From Vulcanimicrobiota bacterium (lineage in GTDB: Bacteria; Vulcanimicrobiota; Vulcanimicrobiia; Vulcanimicrobiales; Vulcanimicrobiaceae): a stretch of DNA of 64,000 nt. The notes beneath the pieces are model-generated. The model saw nothing but the letters and a program-made list of their open reading frames with translations, had not been told where the DNA came from and ran no database searches. Position numbers and translations under genes: made by a program. The stretch lies in contig CAVRQT010000003.1 of the NCBI GenBank assembly GCA_963723515.1, forward strand, positions 256,001 to 320,000, given 5' to 3'. Below are positions 60,633 to 64,000 of this stretch, piece by piece. Position 1 is the first letter of the stretch, and the number at the start of each line of letters is the position of its first letter.

Positions 60633-60692
60633 TAGCTCGCTTACACTAAGCGCGTTGCTGCCCTATTTCTCACAAGGAAGAGCTAACGTGCT

Positions 60693-62141
60693 ATGTGCTT
60701 GCCGCGTTCTTTGCTGGTCGTGCCGTTTTTCGTGTGTTGCGCCACTGCGATCGCCTCAGCGCAGTCGACGCCCTCGCCTGCACCAACGGTGAGACCGGCC
60801 AGCGCGCCGCTATCGCCATACGGCTTTCATTATAGCGGAAATGCGCGCATTTATTATTTCACCCGGACCAATCGCGTCGGCGTCAATTCTTCGGCTTTCA
60901 ACACCGAAGCCAAGCTCCACGGCGAATATACATTTCCCGGCACTCCTTGGACGGTCGGCGCAACGTACTTCGGCGCGGAGCCCTTTGGAGCGAACGGGCA
61001 AAATCCGGGCTTCAACAAGAAAGTCGACGACACGCTTCCGGGCTACGCCTTGAGTCTGCTCGGCGAATATTACCTGCAGTACAAGACGAAATACGCGTTC
61101 GGATCACCGGTCGAGAGATCATCAACACGCCGTGGGCAAACCCCTCTGATTCACGTCTCGTGCCCGGTCATCTTTCAAGGGACAGCCGTGAGCTTCAACG
61201 TCACACCGCAGACGACGCTCGGAGCGATGTACATGGCGCGCTTCCGGCATCGCACGTCGTCTTCGTTCGAATCGAATACACTCTTAACGAGCTGTGACGA
61301 TACGGCCTCGGGTGTTCCGGGCGATCCCTGCAATCCGCAATTTACGACGAAAGGGTTCTTGTTGATCCAGGGGACGCAGAAGTTCAGCAACCAATTCACG
61401 CTCAACGCGTACAATTACCAGATCTACGACATCATCAACTTGCTGCACCTCGACACAAAGTTCAACTACGCGCCGAACTCGCCGCTGAACCCGTTCGTCG
61501 CAATGCAGTACATCGCTGAAAACAACACCGGCGCTTCCGACATCGGCGTCGTCAAGAACCACACGTTCGGCTTTCAGTTCGGAGCAAGTGCGAGTAAAGA
61601 GATCGATCTGGCGCTAAGCTTCAACACATCGCCGGTTGAGACGTTCACCTTAAGTAAGGCGTCATTGTGCGGGAATGGCGCCGGAAAGTTTGCTCCCAAA
61701 CTCGACGGCATTTTCGGTGGAGGCGTCGGTGGCAGCGTACCTGGTGCCCTAAAAGGAACCGTCTATTGTTACGGCGGTGGCCTAGCATCGCCATACACCG
61801 ACAGCTACGCAACGGATCCGCTTTACACGACGACCATCACGCAAGGCTTGGCCGATACACACAAACCCGGCTATGCGGAGAAGATCGGCGGCACATTTCA
61901 GACGCCGAATCACAGGTTCCGGCTCATTCTGGCGCAGGGTTGGTACAACTACACGCTTCCATCCGCCGCTACGGATCGCCGCCGCGAGTTTAACGCCGAT
62001 TTCACGTACTTCTTCAACCCGGTCGACCCGAATAAGCCCTATCATGGCTTAGCGATCCGTCATCGTTACGCCGATCGCGTTCAACTGAGCGCACCGTTTG
62101 ATTTCAAATACAACCGAACCCAACTCGAGTACACATTCTAA
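60693..62141 (+). CDS. Outer-membrane porin (OprD-like), compensating frameshifts about 61100-61170
   Basis: Signal peptide, G...R.YYF.R, LGE.YLQY, beta-strand pattern, C-terminal R..LEYTF. Confidence 0.72.
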   Translation: MCLPRSLLVVPFFVCCATAIASAQSTPSPAPTVRPASAPLSPYGFHYSGNARIYYFTRTNRVGVNSSAFNTEAKLHGEYTFPGTPWTVGATYFGAEPFGANGQNPGFNKKVDDTLPGYALSLLGEYYLQYKTKYAFGSPVERSSTRRGQTPLIHVSCPVIFQGTAVSFNVTPQTTLGAMYMARFRHRTSSSFESNTLLTSCDDTASGVPGDPCNPQFTTKGFLLIQGTQKFSNQFTLNAYNYQIYDIINLLHLDTKFNYAPNSPLNPFVAMQYIAENNTGASDIGVVKNHTFGFQFGASASKEIDLALSFNTSPVETFTLSKASLCGNGAGKFAPKLDGIFGGGVGGSVPGALKGTVYCYGGGLASPYTDSYATDPLYTTTITQGLADTHKPGYAEKIGGTFQTPNHRFRLILAQGWYNYTLPSAATDRRREFNADFTYFFNPVDPNKPYHGLAIRHRYADRVQLSAPFDFKYNRTQLEYTF

Positions 62142-62167
62142 TGCGATCTTTACAAATGGAGTGTCAA

Positions 62168-62977
62168 ATGCTCAAGTCTATTGCGGCCTCTGCGCTGCTG
62201 GCAATCTCGTTCGCGCCGTTTGCCGCGCAAGCTGACGACCAATCTGACCATTGCAGGCTCAACGGCGCTCTTGCCGCTGGTCAAAGAAGCCGCGCAAAGC
62301 TATCAATCGAGCCACCCAACCCTCAAGATCTCCGTCTCGGGTGGCGGCTCCTACGTCGGCATAAGCCAGGCGATGTCGAAATCAATAGACATCGGCGATT
62401 CTGACGTGATCGCACCTGGAAACAGCGGCTTACGCGATCACAAAGTGGCGGTTGTTGGTTTCGGCATCATCGTCAATCCCGCGACCGGCGTAACGGAGCT
62501 TTCCAGAAAGCAGATTCGCGATATCTTTGCCGGACGCATCAACAACTGGAAGCAAGCCGGCGGCAAGGATCTCGCAATCACCGTCATCAATCGCCCGCGT
62601 TCTTCCGGAACGCGCGCCGTCTTCACCGCGACGTTGATGGGGACGTCCAAGATCGCAGAAGGGCAAGTCGAGGATAGTTCCGGTCAAGTCGTTACGACAG
62701 TGGCCACGCTTCCCGGGCGCGATATCGTACGTTGCCTCCGCGTACACGCGCGGCAAGAACGTCAATGTGGTCAAGATCGATCGCGTCGCGCTGACCGACG
62801 AGAACCTGCGCAGCGGCAAATATCCGTATCTGGTCGTACGAGCATATGTTCACGCATTCCGGCAGTCCGCGAGAGGCGGAAGATTTTATCGCATACGTTG
62901 CTCGCAGCAAGGACGTTCTGGAAAAACTTGGTTACATCGTCGTTTCCAGCATGAAAGTTGCGGAAAATAACCGCTAA
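62168..62977 (+). CDS. pstS: Phosphate ABC transporter substrate-binding protein, frameshifted
   Basis: IAGSTALLPL, GGGS..G, DIG.SD, I.NWK..GG.D, R...SGTR..F. Confidence 0.88.
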
Positions 62978-63086
62978 TCGATAACGGCCGAGGTCGCGCC
63001 CTGCAGCCCTGAGAATACCAGGGCGCGATGGCCCTCCCCACGCGCGAGCGGCTGCTTAGCGGCAGCATAACTTCGCAGCTTCCCGG

Positions 63087-64000
63087 ATGATGACGGCGTT
63101 GCGCAAAGTCGCGCCCGAGCCGGGTTTCGCGCTTGAAGAGATACCGCTGCCGCAAATCGGTTCGACCGATGTTCTGATTCGCGTGCAGATGGCGGGCGTT
63201 TGCGGTACGGATCTGCACATCTACGAGTGGGATCGGTGGGCGCAACATCGCGTGCATCCGCCGCTCACTGTCGGCCATGAATTCATGGGCGTCGTGGCCG
63301 CCGTTGGTTCGGAGGTTGACGCATTTGCGCCCGGAGATCGCGTTTCGGCCGAGGGACACATTGCGTGCGGCGTATGCGCGCTCTGTCGCACCGGTGAAGC
63401 GCACATCTGCAAGGAACTACGCGTCATCGGAGTTGACCGCGACGGCGCCTTTGCGCAATACATCGCGATGCCGCAGCAAAACGTTTGGAAACTCGACGCC
63501 ACGATTCCCGATCAGTACGCCGCGATATTTGATCCGCTGGGAAACGCCGTGCATAGCGTCATGGCGGCGGGCGTGAGCGGAAAGAGCGTTGCGATTACCG
63601 GTGCCGGTTCAATAGGACTCATGGCGGTTTGTGTGGCGCGAGCGGCCGGTGCATCGTCGATCTTCGCGATTGACGTTCGACCGGAGAAGCTAGAGCTTGC
63701 GAAGCGGATTGGCGCCGACGAAACGTTCTTAGCCGGCGATGCGCATTGGATCGATAAGGTCCGCGACGCGCACTGATGGTCATGGGGTTGACGTGCTCCT
63801 TGAGATGTCCGGCAGCGCTGCAGCGATCGAGCAAGGGTTGACGGTCATGCGCAACGGCGGCCGAGCGGCATTGCTCGGTTTGCCGAATGAGAAGATCGAG
63901 CTCGATATCGCGGAGCTCGTGATTTTTAAAGGCGCTTACGCTGCTCGGCATCCATGGCCGAAGGATGTTCGAGACGTGGTATCAGATGCAACGCATGGTG
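63087..64000 (+). CDS. tdh: L-threonine 3-dehydrogenase, frameshift near 63770, truncated by window edge
   Basis: GVCGTDLHIY.WD.WA, GHEF, VSAEGHI.CG.C..C..G..H.C, DPLGNAVH, then LEMSG...GIHGRRMFETWYQM. Confidence 0.92.

Overview
GC-rich bacterial chromosomal window, mostly housekeeping genes. The diderm TonB/porin content with Firmicutes-like synteny suggests Eremiobacterota/Vulcanimicrobiota (inference only). Gene order: rho, rluB, aroF; an ExbB-ExbD-ExbD-TonB cluster; uppP, moaC-mog, folC-folP-folB-folK, accC, nusB, PBP1A, xseAB, tlyA, nadK, pyk; the rimP-nusA-ylxR-infB-rbfA-nrnA-truB-ribF operon; a Clp ATPase; a methyltransferase/flavoprotein/cyclase/ketosynthase cluster; a ba3-type oxidase island; phoBR-pstCAB, porin-pstS; tdh. 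Many genes carry frameshifts that look like long-read indel errors. The most striking feature is a small stand-alone GIY-YIG (UPF0213-like) nuclease gene (34982-35284) bracketed by about 10 copies of a 27-bp hairpin repeat. The two arrays are in opposite orientation, one copy is nested three deep, and related copies with covarying stems occur at five other loci, resembling a REP/RAYT-like system with a different nuclease class. Other notable items: an accB-position BCCP domain that lacks its biotinylation lysine and is fused to FolK; an unidentified ~215-nt promoter/terminator-bounded RNA; a probable CTG-initiated Rho with an Arg/Gln-rich extension; a Zn-finger plus hydrophobic-helix Hsp100 lacking the ClpP loop; a 163-bp MITE-like palindrome; and four paralogous unknown proteins around the ba3 oxidase.
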